Source of the DNA: Penicillus capitatus
Taxonomy: Eukaryota > Plantae > Chlorophyta
NCBI GenBank assembly: GCA_965649825.1
Contig: OZ287703.1
Location: 987,722-1,051,721 of the forward strand
Reading direction: 5' to 3'
DNA length: 64,000 nucleotides
Of this stretch, positions 50,003-63,509 are shown piece after piece (the stretch's first letter is position 1; each line of letters opens with the position of its first letter). The notes below the pieces were generated by a model. It ran no database searches and was not told where the DNA came from. It saw only the letters and a list, made by a program, of their open reading frames with translations. Position numbers and translations under genes: made by a program.

Positions 50003-50823
50003 ATGGCAGACAACAGCTTTACTTTGGCTTCTTTTCCCTTCGACGGCACCTGCAAGTGCAGTCGCAACGGCGACACGATACTCAAGTTCAGTGACGGCTC
50101 TTACTTAAAAACGCACGCCGCTCTACTGAAGATGGCATCTCCTGTCTTCGATTCGATGCTGACAGACTGTACGGAGACAAAGACACTTGTGATGGAGAAG
50201 ACCTCTCGTACGACGTGGGTTCATATCCTCAACCATCTCCATCCCGGCGGAACACTCTCTTTTTCAAACCTCGACTGCGTTAATGGATTTGCTATGAATC
50301 TCTCTTTTGGTATGCAAATCCCAGGGAAGAACGCCAACGAGACTGACAAGATGAAAGCGAAATGTGACACTCTGTCCGATCTGCTCGAGCAGTCGCGAAA
50401 ATTCGAGTTTGACTCGCTGTTTACCTTCCTGGACGATCTATTGTTTTCGATTTTTCCCAAGCAACTGGATCGAGCTTGCCTTACACACATGGCTGCTGAT
50501 GTCAACCGTCTGCACAGCCGTCTCTATATCCTTGCACTCCGATATGAGTCCAAACTTCCCAAGACCGGCGGTATAGTCCGTAGAAACATCATCATGTACC
50601 TGCAGAATCCTGGCCAGTGGTGCAATAGTGCAACAAGACACAGCACGTGGACCCCGATCTCTCAACAAGTAAGAATAATCTACTGTTCCAGGCTTAGGAT
50701 CATGGTTTATTGTAGAATCAGTCCAATCCCGAAAAGAATTTTTTAGTCGGTCTCATTGACGAAGGAAGTCATGAATTCCACAAGAAGCTGATTAAGGATC
50801 TCATAAACTCGACTCTGCTTTGA
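50003..50823 (+). CDS. BTB family protein B12 (exons 50003-50668, 50716-50823), paralog of B7
   Basis: Family motifs; 47-bp phase-0 intron near the 3' end. Confidence 0.78.
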
Positions 50824-52271
50824 CTTGTGTTTGGAACCTCTCCTGAATATATCACACAATTGAGTCAGCAGTTTGGATGCATCGTTTCTGGAGCATTAGG
50901 TTTGTGTGAATGTTCTGAAGTGTGGAACTGTTTGCTGAAACTTGGTTGAATGCGATTCACGTTGATGAAACAATGGGTTCGGAATCCGCGTCCACGCCTC
51001 CGAACGGAATCATTACTGTTTGCCAGCTTCTATACAATATTGATTGAATTGACAGATTCATTGCAGATGTTGACAGACGACAACGCAGTGATTATTATCT
51101 TTTTTATGTGGAGATTGACAGAGGCCAAAGACACAGAGAGCGCAGTATGACTACCACGATTTAGAGCAGCAGACACCAACCGATGTCCAACATCATCACG
51201 TGCTACGAAGGCAGAAGAAATTTAAACAGTATCGCTTGCAGTTCGTCGAGGAGCTGTAACATAGATGTTGGCTGCGCGTGGAAGTGCTGCTGAATTGTAA
51301 CCGTATGTGCACGAACCTACATGCACAGAAACAACCTCCCTGTATTACTGTCTTTAGGAGAGAGAGAGTTCAAACCTGATATGCCCAAACAAAAGACGCT
51401 TCGCAGACTTCCAGAAGAAAGCCGATCTCAAGAACCAGAGGCATACCAGTGCTTTTCCATTTTAGTCTTTGGTCAATGGATCAAAGCACAATGCCAAGAC
51501 CAGCTGAGTGACGGGCATTCGCACGTAGTATCACCATCTCATGTTATAATCGACCAGTTTAACGAATGCTATTATTGATGATTGGTCGTTGTGCCGATTA
51601 GACGATATACGTTGCAAGAAACGCCATGTCCACTCGGTACCCACTCTCTGTCTTCCATGCACGATGTCCAGTGTGCTTGCCAACTTCTACCGCGATGTTC
51701 ATTTGAATCATTCCTGCGCAGAAGTCAACTCTTAATAAGGATAACAGATTCGGTCTTCTGATCATGCATCTATCTGTTTATGCATCAGCCTAATCAGAAG
51801 TCGTAAGCGTCGGTGCGCAAGGCTACACGTAGCAGGCCTGCTAACAGAGAAGAAAAAAGTGGTAGTCACACCGCATGACGATCACGGATGCCCCACAGTC
51901 AAGAATGGAGTCCACGTCATTCTGCAGAGTTATGATTAAGGGTGAGTGCTAGCCACAGAGTCCGCGTTTGGTGGTCTTTTCGTGAGGCAGGTAGCCTGCG
52001 GTCTTCGGCATGGAAGGTGATGTCTTGCTCCGAAACATCTACCCAACGGTCGAGTACGTAATTGCAACACATCCTTATTAGTGTTTAATCGATGCCATGT
52101 GTTGCGTTAAGAACATTAGGTTTTTCTTTGCGCCTCCGTTCGCCTCCGTTCATTACGAACTGTAGACGAACGTTGTTGACCTTCTGCGCTACTGAACTCG
52201 ACAGCAAACGCGGACGCTCAAAGGGCGAAGAATGGAAAGCGAAGACGATCATTCACTTCCTCTTCTAGACA

Positions 52272-55200
52272 ATGGGCACGCAGAGGGACTCTCAGCGACT
52301 TGCAGTACCCGAATTGAGTCGACGACAGCGACGGCGCTCAGACGTAAGTAAAACAATCCAACGTCTCAAATTGAAGGTTCTCTTTGCCGTTCTTGCTTCC
52401 GTCTAGTTTTCTATCTTCGTTACCAAATCTCTGTTAAACGCATCGAAAAACAAATGACTCTGTTTGGTGGCGGCGCGAAATTTCCTTCGGTGGCTTTTCT
52501 TGTGCTGTTACGTGGCGAATGGTATCTCTGACATTTGCTATGTTCTTATAGGCGCGCCACGTTTTTCACTCATCGACTATAAACCTCTGAACGGAATCCC
52601 CTATCGAGTGCTTGAACCATCGAAAGACGGCATACTCTTCAGTTGTCGTGCATTTTCAGCAAACGGGACTTACTTAGCCACAGGAGATGTGGGCGGTTGT
52701 GTAAGGTGCGCGTCACATCTGTTGGCACGATTTTGTTCAATGACAAGACGGTAGGGTGTGGAGAGCTGCAGACTACAAGCTGGTCGCCGAAAAGAGTGAG
52801 GTTTTCGAGTACGCCGTCGATGGCTTGAGCTTCGAGCTAAATCAGAACGATAGACTTATTGCCATCGACAGTAGAGGACACTACTGTCGCATGAAGCTGC
52901 TATGGTCCGATGATGAGAACCAGTTAAGTAGAGGAGACGCATCCGCGAGAGAGTGTGAGCGCTGTTGGTTGTCGACTGAAATGATTGGCGAGTTTCAAAG
53001 CACCATTAAAATGGAACCTTCGGTCGGTACAGTTCTCAAGCATCAGTTTTCAAGAGACGGACAGATCTTGCTTCGTATCCAATCCAAGGGTACTTACTTC
53101 GAACCAGAATACGAAATCCTTGCGATCGAGGTCATATCGTTGGAAGACAGTGTACCGTTGATCATCCAGCTCGATGCAGACAGGAGATATCGAAATGGTC
53201 TCCCCTTGCTTGCCGAAAATGGTGAAAGTGTTCTCGTGTGCTCCATATCGACAACAGAGGTATACAAGGCAACCACTAACGCGCATGTCGACCATTTTGT
53301 TTAGGTATGGCCAAAGTTGGATCTCAACGCTGGGATGGGACAGCAATATTCGATAACACTGGAAGGCACTTATGCTGTCTGGGGATTACAGGGTCAGTAT
53401 TTGCTTCTATGGAGGACAACAGATAGCAAACAGTCAACGATCTCTGTGTACGAAACAAGAGACCTGCTGCGTCTTCATCAGAGGGACCGCCCCAAACCAT
53501 TAAGAGAAAGAGGATTTCGTCCTGGAGATTATCGCTATGAAGCGCAGATGTTAGAACCCCTCTCTTGGTCAGACGAAAGCGTCGAAGTGCTCATTGCAGA
53601 AACAGATGCGCAAGGAAACCGAAGAGTATTGATCTGGGATGTTATCAACAATACCATAAAAAACCAGTTAATGATTCCAGCAGAAAGAGAGACAAGACTG
53701 ATCAAAACACATCCAATATTGAGAAGGATCCCAACAGAAAAAAGAGTGAAGGATCATCTACAATCCGGTCTAGATGATGCGTCTTTTAAGTTCCGCATTG
53801 TCGAAGCTGTCCATCCAAAGCTTTGCATTTCCAAAAATATGCAGTGGCTCGGTACATTCTCGCAAAAGTTTCAGTCGTGTTCCATTGTGTCTGTCAAATG
53901 TGGAGCAACAGTATGGAGTTCTGGCTTTGCACAACCCTTACAGATGGGTCCGTTTGACGTGCCTGCTCAGCCGATGTTTGATTCAAATGGAGATCATTTT
54001 TTAGTCATGGGCGAATGCGCCATCATGGTCTGCGCTCCAGAATTTATCGATGATAAGCCACATACCGAGGAACGCGACCAACCCTTTCTCGAAGCATACG
54101 CTTGTCTGCCAAGCCAGTCTCTCGCAAGTGCCTTGGAGGACAGAGAACACAACTGTGGCGTTTCAAGTTGGATTGATGGTCTTACCAGTAGTATTGACCA
54201 TACCACTTGTATATCTGACGCCACTCAATCTGCTGACGGAAGAAGGCTTGCCTCTATTGTTTCCATTCGTGAGACGTCGTCCCAGCCAGTCAGATCCACA
54301 AGAATCGTCTGCCTCGAAGAAGGGGAAGGCGAAGCGCTTCTGGATCTGGCATTCGAAGAAGACAATGGAACAGAGGCAGATTCAGAATCATTCATCCCTA
54401 ATCGGTTGTTCCTCTACGACAATGGTAATGGACCAGATCAGGGGCTTGTCGCTTTCTCTGAACTTCAGAAGCCGATAGCGATGTTCATCGACATTCCGAC
54501 CAAGAATAAACGAGAAAAGAAGCTAGAGAACATCGACAGATGCCTTCGGATATCTCAGACAGCGGATCGGAAGAAAGTGACAATCCTCGACATCAGGAAA
54601 GTGGTCATCATCAACCTAAGAAGCGAGACAACGTCCGAGATAATAGAATACCAGGTCGACTTTACAAACCTGCTGGCAGTAATGATCGCCGATGCGAAGT
54701 GGAAACGCAAGAGAAGGGACGGCGACATGAAAGACACCCAGAAACGAGTCTCTGACAATGGTCGTTGCGTCCTGCTCTCGTGGGATCAGGGAAGGCAAGA
54801 GAGTATTGTCGTCCGTCCTTCCAGTGGGCTGCAAGATGTGAAAGGCCTTTTGAAGCAACCAAACAGAGTGCTGTCGGATTACTGCACTCTGTCAAGCGAC
54901 GGCAGAGCGACCTGCTTCATTGACATGGGCGAGATTCCTAACAGCCGAATAACGATTGGAATCTTCAACGAATCAGGTAACCTTATCCTGATCTTCACAC
55001 TCTCGTTCTGTAGCTGTTTTCACAGATCGAAGAGTCTTCCATCGCATTCACGTTCCATTCGATTCTGATCCATTCCTAGATGGCACTTTCTTCGACAAGT
55101 TTGAAAAGAATGGCAATACGGAAGGAACGTCAAACAACATCAATGAGTCGATTTCTCGTACTGCCTTCTCTTCTTTCTTCTCTTATGACACCATTCTCCA

Positions 55201-58016
55201 GGTGATCTGGAGCGTCGGAAGACGGTCGCCTTCTATCGTAAACCGACGATTAAAAGCCAGAAACCCGAATTCTCAGCCGATGAACTGTTGTCGGGTGTTT
55301 TTGGTGGAGTATCCGATGACGGCTCAGAGATTTTCTTCGACGGCGGGCATTTGCACTTTCACTTCTCCTCCGAACAAGACAGGCATCGAATCCGATGCCT
55401 TACATTTAAGAATACAGAAGATAGTACCACTGAGTACAAGAAGCTCGATGCCAAAGATCGTGAAGACATCGACAAGTGCATTGAGAAGTGAGTGCATTCA
55501 TTGAATCCACAACTGCTAGATGCCGTCCTGCAGATTAGCAGAGAAGAACGGTCCTTTCTTTGTCAACACGCCTTACGGATCTGGACTGTCGTTTTTTCGC
55601 GAAGCCCTGAAGAATGGGGACAAAAGCGTTATGAAGTGTTGCGTTGCTCATGCCGAAAGGAGTTGCATTCTACTGGACGTGGGAGACGTTCCTTGCTTCG
55701 ACGATGTGAAAGAGGAAGTACTCGAGCCTCTCAATCGCAATGTCATTGTGAGTACATCTCGCACACTTTTTGTTTCAAGATGTACTAACTGTTTACTATC
55801 CAGAAAATGATCAAAGACTTTCTGTGTCTCTGCTTCAGCAGCACACCCACAAGCAATCGTACATCGCGAAGGGAAGAGCCGTTCAACATTCTGAGCGCAG
55901 CCTTGAACGAAAGGTCAAAGGAACGGGTCAAAGAGGCAGTCGAGTTGATATGTTCTCCGATCATACCGTTTAGAAGTGCAGCATGGCTTATGAAAACGTA
56001 TTACAAGCAACTGTTAAAGGATTACCCCGAGGTTGTGATGAGCATTCTTTCCCAAGAATCATTGTTTTTCGAAACTTGCCAACCCAGAATTTACGATGAC
56101 TTCTTGTTGAGTTCAGCATCTAGGGAAGATAGATTGCGTCCGGGTACATCGGACTCAGTGCTGAACTGGGAGGATGTCGACATTCGGCATCTTTTTGAGA
56201 AACATCGTGAAAGGACGGTACACGATACGGATACACCAACCGTGCAGACATCCGTGAAGTTCCTTCGTATTGAGGATGCGGCCAGGATTGGAATGGATGG
56301 AATCATTCGGCCATTGTTGATGCAGAATACGCCAATGGACGTCTTCCACAGCAAAGCCATTAAAGCTGTCATTCAGTACAAATGGTTAACGTTCTGGAGG
56401 ATAAAATGTTGTGCTGATGTCGTCTCTTATGCAATTTTTCTGGGTGTGTTTACTTTATATTCCGTTGTTGTTGCCAAATTCTCATCCATTTTGAAAGGAG
56501 ACAGTACAGATGAATTTCTTAAACTTTACTGTCCCATTGTGATGGCTATCTTTGGTCTGATAATGTTTTGCGAACAGCTTATTCGACTTTGTACATTCAT
56601 GAAGGATGGAAAAGAGTATTTTGGTAGCCGAATGAAAGGAGTGACCTACTTTTTCAAATCTGCGTCGAATTGGCTGGATCTCGTCTCTTGCATGTTTTTG
56701 CTACTGTGTATCCCAACCCTGCATATATTGGCCAGCTGTACATCAGATTCAAGGACAGCGTCATCTAACAAAAGCCAGGAAAGTTACGGTACTGCAATGG
56801 AACAAGCACTTTCGGCGACTCTGGCGGTGGAAGCCATACTCGTTTACACCAAGGTCATCTCAACCTTGCCAGATCCTCAATGAGATCTGCTGTCATTACA
56901 GGTTTGGTACTTTGCACAACCATTTCGAAAGTCCGGCGGCCTGGTGTTGATGGTTCAGAATATTGTTAGAGACTGCATCGCCTTTTTGGTGTTGTCCTTC
57001 TCGGTTGTCGTCGGATTCGGACTTGCCCTGCACATCCTCCATCGACACGCGCCCGAAGAGGCAGAAGCTAGTGCAGACGAGCCTAATGATGACCACGATT
57101 ACCGCGGCGATTATGGCTCCTTAGTCAAGAGTTTGCAGACCCTTTTCTATGCTCTTTTTGGGTTGTTTGATCCTGAGGTGCGTCTCATTCAGCAGTCGTC
57201 ATGGCTCAGTGTTCTCTTTTGCAGTTCCCTGACGTGAACGGTTTCATCACTCCGCTCTTTGCCATCTTCTTCTCTTTATATTTGATCGTTGCAGTCATCC
57301 TGCTGTTGAATCTTCTCATTGCTATTATGGGAGACACCTTTGACAAGGTGAAGAACCCAGAAGAGTCCCAGGTGCTGATGGCGAGGGCGCGTTTCATTGA
57401 CGCTGCGGAGGCGACGCAAAAGGGCAAGAATCGCGAGATGATTGAGTGAGATGTTGCACTATGACAGGACACTTGACATTCACTCCCTTGCACTGGCTGT
57501 AGGAAACAGACAAAGAAGTACCTGTACATTTTGGAGCGCAAGGATAACGATGCCGTTAGCAAGACATCTTCGTCATGGATGGAAGAGCTGCACATGATGA
57601 AGGAACAGTTCAGGTAGGTCGGCTGAAGGAGATGTTCTCTTCACTTGAAGCGAAAGGCGTGTCTATTAATGATCACGAGTATTGTTCTCTTTAGGTCGTG
57701 CATCAAGGAGGAATTGCAAAAACAGAATGAGACTCTGAAAGAGGAAACAAAAGAAGAAAATGCGATCCTGAAGGAGGAATTGAGAAAACAGAATGAGAAG
57801 CTAGATATTCTGCATCAACAAATCAATCAGATGATTAAACAAGGGAGCAAGATCTCGAAGGCGCAAGCGTCGACAGCAGAACGCGGTGTCGAACTGGACG
57901 ACACCGATATCTTGGCAACGAAGACATGTGATAGAAAACAAGAAGATACTGCAAGTCGTACAGAGCATGGCTCAGAATCAGAAAAAGCCAGTGACGAAGG
58001 ACCGTCGAACCTCTAG
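52272..58016 (+). CDS. TRP-family cation channel with a long N-terminal region containing WD40-like segments; multi-exon
   Basis: KAVIQYKW pre-S1, NWLDLVS, spliced TKVWYFAQPF..VQNIVRD..FLV..VVVGFGLAL, pore SLQTLFYALFG, S6 LLLNLLIAIMGDTFDKV, TRP-box-like ARARFI and a coiled coil. Spliced YLATGDVGGCVRVW near the start. 5' exons are approximate. Confidence 0.8.
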
Positions 58017-60136
58017 CATCAACCACAAGAGAAGGGGGTGAACATGTAAGCGGAGATGAGAGGGACCGGGCTGCAGCAGACAGATTAACAAGATCTGATG
58101 ATTCTGGGGTTGCAAACACAGCACCGAGATCGTTGAGGTGGACCTACAAGAACAAGACAGTAGATTCTTTGACAGATTCAAGCAGCATTCGACGCAGCAA
58201 AGACCGCCGGACTCACAAGGTCCAGAAATCTGGTCTTTTCCACCCTGGATGCTCGAACCGTTGAGCGACATTTTTTCTTGATCTTCTCTTTTTCTCTTTA
58301 TAAGGCGTCAAAGTGGAATACAAACAACCTTACCAGAAAGACAAACAACCTGGATGTGGGGATAAAAGCATCGATTTTGTGCATCGATTAACGTAAGATA
58401 CAGATTGCCAGAAGCGGGAACTTTCCTTTTTGTGACATACAATTGCGAAGAATAGAGAAACGCTTTGGTGTGGAATCTGGAGACGAAATATCGTTTGGCG
58501 ATCGTGAGGGAACATACATTACTCGGGTAGATTGAAGGGGAAGACCACAAGCGAATCTCATTGACACCGGCCATGCGGCTTTGGACACATTTGATCAATG
58601 CTCATCTATTTTCTGGCTTTTTTATGATTTGATGCTTTCGATCTTCTAGAAGAAAAAAAATTAAGTCGACTAAGCAAAAACCTCCTTGTGTTTGACGCTC
58701 AACCGAGAACGACTGTTAAATCTCCGAGTCTATTAAGACTGGCTCTGATCACTGTAGCGTAGAAGAAATCTTAGCCACAGGTCTCTCTGGCCTTGATACC
58801 TTCGGGAAGGAGTGACCGTGTGTGATCACTACTGGCCTTGGTCATCATTATTCACGTTGGCACGAATCTCGAAAGCTCTCCGACAAGCGTAGTCGTATTT
58901 GGCAACAGAACGTTGAAACTGTTGAACACATCAGATAGTTAGTCTGCTGTCCATCTTTATGCGTTTGCGGGTGTTCTGCTCGGGAGATGTCAGTAAATGT
59001 AAACCGGGCCATGAAGAAGCTCTTAATGCCTGTGACGCTCTCTTCTGTTGTGTCTGTCCATCACATGTCCATGGCAGTCTGAGAGATTCAAGCTTGGTTA
59101 GGCGTCGTTCTCATTCGTTGGAGACGTCTCGATCTCGTCACACCTGCTATCTGGATTCTAAGTCTTCTTACGACGTGAATGCCTTAAGATACGCACCGAT
59201 GCGATTCGGTACAGCGAGCAGGTTAAGGTTGCCGTTATCGCCAGAGGCTGCTGTTTCTTTGATCAGATTCTCGAACCTGCCTCTGCCCATCGAACTCTCG
59301 CTTTTGAATCGCGGAAGACATCCAGCGACTTCGCTGTCACATCACAATTCAAATATGTGGAAGTAAGTCCGTTGTACTCGTTCTCTGGCCGTGTTCCTTC
59401 GTAACCCTTTTACGTTATCGGTTCTAACAGTCTTCTTCCGATCGATGAGTCCCATAGCGTACACATCTGACAGAACAACAGACATTTCGCGATCGGCAAT
59501 GATCGTCGATCTGACAGAAGATCGGCGAGATTTCATGATACTGAATACTGCAGAGCTTGACACTGGAATCTATCCGTGTCCATTTCTCCATGAAAGAAGA
59601 GACAGGCCTTAATGGAACAGAAGAAAGAGTGACTGCTTCTCAAGGAGAGTGGTCAAACACTGCCGAGAGGTACACGTGTGTTGACCTTTGGTTACCTACT
59701 TGCATTCGTCGTTCACTTACGCATACTCTTATTCGGTCACAGGTCCGCATCGGAGGAATCCGAACAAAACTACCCAAAAGCGTCTTCGCGTCGCAGCGAC
59801 TTGGGATCTATGGTTTCCGGCAGATGTTCAATATCCGTTTCCGAGGCGCTAGATAGAGTCTTTCGCGTTCAACGGCGATTCCCTTTCGTCCAATACGTCT
59901 ACCGAAGGACTGTTTTCTATTTTGACGCCGTGGCAGGACATTTTGTCCTGCCTAATATGTCTTGTCGTCTTCCGGATCAGAGCCTCCGTATTGCTGTATT
60001 TGATGTATTTCTGAGCCGTGGTCGAAGGTCTGTTGCGATCGTTGTTCGATACGCGTCAAGTGGTTCTGAGTCTTTTCTGCGTTCGCCTTCAAAGCGAGGT
60101 CTAATACAGACGCCTTCTCGATTGTTTCGCAGTGCG

Positions 60137-60898
60137 ATGGTGCGTAGAACTAGCTCTCAAGCGAAGTGTCGACAAGGAATGTATTTTCCGTTCGACGGTA
60201 ACTGCGACTGTAGTCGCGACGGAGACATTGTGCTCACGTTCAGCGATGGCTCTCAACTCAAAACGCACTCCATGCTGCTGAAAATGGCTTCCCCCGTCTT
60301 CGCTTTGATGCTGACGGAATGCACAGACGCGGCGACAATTGCCCTTGAAGATACGTCTCCAGAAGTGTGGCTGCATATCCTGAATCATATCCACCCAGCG
60401 CCGCCGTCTCTGTCCCCCGGATTGGAACTCTTCAATGATGCAAACAAGATTGTAAGCCATTCTCTGTCTCGAGTGCCTTCGAAGCGCAATGGAATCTAGG
60501 TCGCGCTCCTGCATCAAGCAGTTAAGTACGATTTCAAGAACCTGACGGATTCTATAGATGAGGCTATCAAGACGATGGTCCCTGGACCATCGCCCAACGA
60601 AATGGCGAGTGCAAAGTTCTATAAACTAATTGAAGATTACAGTTTCGACGAAGAGAGAGTTAACCTATTTAAAGCTGCGTTTGAGTTCGAAGCTTTTCTG
60701 CCGAAGAGTGTCGAGAAAATCCGGAAACATGTTGTTGAGTATTTCAAGTTTTTCGCCGGAGTCAAAGCAGGGAAGTACAGGGGTCATCAGAATCCCGTCT
60801 TTCAAAGAGAAGCTTTGCAAGAGATGTTGCAGAGAGCCAGCATCGAATTTCACAAGCAACTCTTAGAAGATTTGATAGCGGAAGGGGGTATCTTCTGA
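60137..60898 (+). CDS. BTB family protein B13 (exons 60137-60451, 60500-60898)
   Basis: YFPFDGNCDCSRDGDIVLTFSDGSQLKTHSMLLKMASPVF; 48-bp phase-0 intron; exon 2 begins VALLHQAVKY. Confidence 0.8.
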
Positions 60899-61864
60899 CA
60901 TTGGCCTTGTGTCGATTAACGTCGATTTCTATTGAACGATCTGTTCGAACGCCTGTTTTGCTGTCAAAGACGTTTTAACTGTCCACCCAATCGCCCACAC
61001 ATCTGCAGGGTCACGATAGACTGCGGTGTTGATCACAGAGACAAGTCTGGACACGTTGCAGTCGTAGCTCAGTCGCCGAACTCAGTCATAGCCAAGGGTT
61101 GGCGATCGATGGTTGGCATCGCGGTCCTGCTGGCGACAGAATCTAGGATGGAATGGTACAGACTCGCATGTTCGGTCACGTAACGTTTCAAGAGGTTTTG
61201 TTTATAGGATGAGGCGAAACAAATGCAGGTCCGGATGGCAAGCTGCCTGAGAGCTGGAAAGTAGGACAGCCGAGTCTAGAGAACCAACTGGTAGTGAGTA
61301 TGAGTGTCGGTCATTGCTCAGGTGGCTCGGCCTCTTGACATTCTTCTGTGTGTCGCCCTTCCACGGATCAGAACACTATCCCATCTGAAATCCAGGGACT
61401 TAAGCAATCCAGCTCTTCTTTTGATTGCGGAATTCGCCGATCCACGCACTTACGTTAAAGCGTTTTCTCTGGCGATGACACGACAGGCCGATCCAAAATC
61501 GCCGAGATGATAGATGATTTAATTTACCCAACAGCGAGTGGGCTGCAATGTCAAACATCAAACCGCACGTCTACTTGTCTATCCGCCAGATCCTTTCGTC
61601 AAACGAGCTTTCCCGAAACGGCCTCAGTTATCGCAGTTCGAGACTCAAGAATCCACCGGGAACGACCAACAAAGGCAGAAACGCTGTCGCCGACTGACTG
61701 GTCTTCAGCATGAATACTGTTTCAATCGCCCACCTGTCCTCTCAGCCGTCTACCGGGCAAAAAAAGTCGAACCGAAGCAGCAGCTCCTCGCAAATATGCT
61801 CTCCGCGCAGTGACGATTCGCTCAGCCTTCTTTCTTCTGTACAACGGTGAGTGTCTGAGCGCAT

Positions 61865-62899
61865 GTGCTTCTGCGCAAGACAGCGCCGTTCGTTCGTCTC
61901 GCTTCCAGGAGCCATTCGTTCGCCAGACGAAGATTCTCGTCGCTTGCGCTGTACTTCACCGGTACCTTCGACACCCGAAGACGTTCAATCCTGGCTCATG
62001 AACATGATTGTCGGAGTTGTAGCGTTTCAGGACACTCGACAATCCAGACGTGGCAGTTCGTCTGGGGTCTGGAGAAGACTTTGAAACTGTTCTACGGAGA
62101 CACGAAGCTCAGCCAGATGGACACCGCTACCGCCGTCTATGCCTTTGATGTCGATCTCAGAAATCCAGTTCTCTTCGTCTACAACACGAGCCAACCGGAG
62201 CCGCACAGCGACGCCATCCTAATCCAGTCGCAGGACACTTTTTTCATTCCGGACAGAGCCCGAAGCTTCCAAACACACATAAGGAGGTCGAGGGACGAAC
62301 GCTACCTGGAGGCCCGTCGACAAGACTTCTATATTCGCGACCTCGGTCGCGCCAGCAGCGCCTTGCCTGCAGTCCATGCCGCGAAGAGATTTACTGCCGT
62401 CAATAACAAGACCGCACAGTACGACTGCATCGACGGAGGGTTGGTTGCGCCAAATCCGACGCTGAATTCGTTGATGTTCATGCTGAGCATGAACACGATC
62501 AGTGAGGTCGACAGAATTGCGACTCTGTCGCTCGGAACAGGCGCCGTGGTTGGCGATTACGCGTTGAATGCAGACAGCCCCTGGCGTTGGCTGACTTCCT
62601 TAGACCTTTTCAGAGTCGTCATCGATTGCGGCAGCAAAGTCCCGCAGACCAATCTGTATGACATGTTCTATGATCAATTGCATGTCAGAGACAAACAGTT
62701 TCTGAGAATTCAGCCACTCACAAACGACACCTCCAACTATGCAGAGGCTCTCAACTCAATCACAGATGTCAGTCAGCTGGATATGTTGAAGACGATTGGT
62801 GAACTGGTTGCGAGGGACTACACGGATGATCTCGACGATTTTATTGAGGAGTTCATTTTCGGAACCGAAGAGAAGGACCCGGAGATGAAGAAGGCTTGA
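61865..62899 (+). CDS. Patatin-like protein 2 (C-terminal two-thirds clear from about 62065; 5' structure unresolved, possibly decayed)
   Basis: GLEKTLKLFYGDTKL, RASSALP, CIDGGLVAPNP and LSLGTG. No GxSxG or DGGG exon could be reconstructed upstream. Confidence 0.7.
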   Translation: MLLRKTAPFVRLASRSHSFARRRFSSLALYFTGTFDTRRRSILAHEHDCRSCSVSGHSTIQTWQFVWGLEKTLKLFYGDTKLSQMDTATAVYAFDVDLRNPVLFVYNTSQPEPHSDAILIQSQDTFFIPDRARSFQTHIRRSRDERYLEARRQDFYIRDLGRASSALPAVHAAKRFTAVNNKTAQYDCIDGGLVAPNPTLNSLMFMLSMNTISEVDRIATLSLGTGAVVGDYALNADSPWRWLTSLDLFRVVIDCGSKVPQTNLYDMFYDQLHVRDKQFLRIQPLTNDTSNYAEALNSITDVSQLDMLKTIGELVARDYTDDLDDFIEEFIFGTEEKDPEMKKA

Positions 62900-63509
62900 G
62901 GTCTTTCTTTATTCTTTAATGGAACGAATCCATCCTGTACACAAACGGAAGGCACAGGCATCTTGCGACTGAATTCATAATTCAGGGGGAGTTCAGATTG
63001 GAAAACTGACAAGGTTTTTAAAGGGAGTCCTCTGTTATAGAGCACGAGCAGACTGCGTCTTTACGCATCGTCGGATGATCTACTACTCTATGGGTCTCCG
63101 GTCGCGACAGGTGGTTTTTTTCTTAGCTCGCATCTCAAGATACATGGGACACCGGAACCGTCAGTAGTAGGGACGTCTTTTTCAAGAAGTGTTCACGGAA
63201 AGAGCGTTCCGAGATGGTCACCTGTGTCTCCTGCCTTACGAATAGACCCGTTGCCACGCGCATCTGGCTGTGGGCTATCGAATTCTGAACACGAGTTCAG
63301 CAAAATCACAATTCCCACGTGAGGTGTACAGCCGCGAGGAACCGTTCTCTGCATCCGAAGATTTATCTGCGCATGTGAAATGACGTTGACGGATAGTGAG
63401 GCGCTCGCACCACAAGGTCTCCTGTGCCAATCGTCGCCTTTTTCGCGCGTTTGCTGTGGATTACGCGTTCGTCGCGGTAGATTTATTCGGCACCCGCAGA
63501 GCTTGCCCA

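Noticed and set aside
52131-52150. CGCCTCCGTT dimer
   Set aside because: Two-copy 10-bp slippage duplication with no further structure.
59678-60136. 153-codon N-terminal extension of B13 in the ORF track
   Set aside because: Starts at a non-ATG codon, has no paralog support, and ATGs lie just before the family motif.
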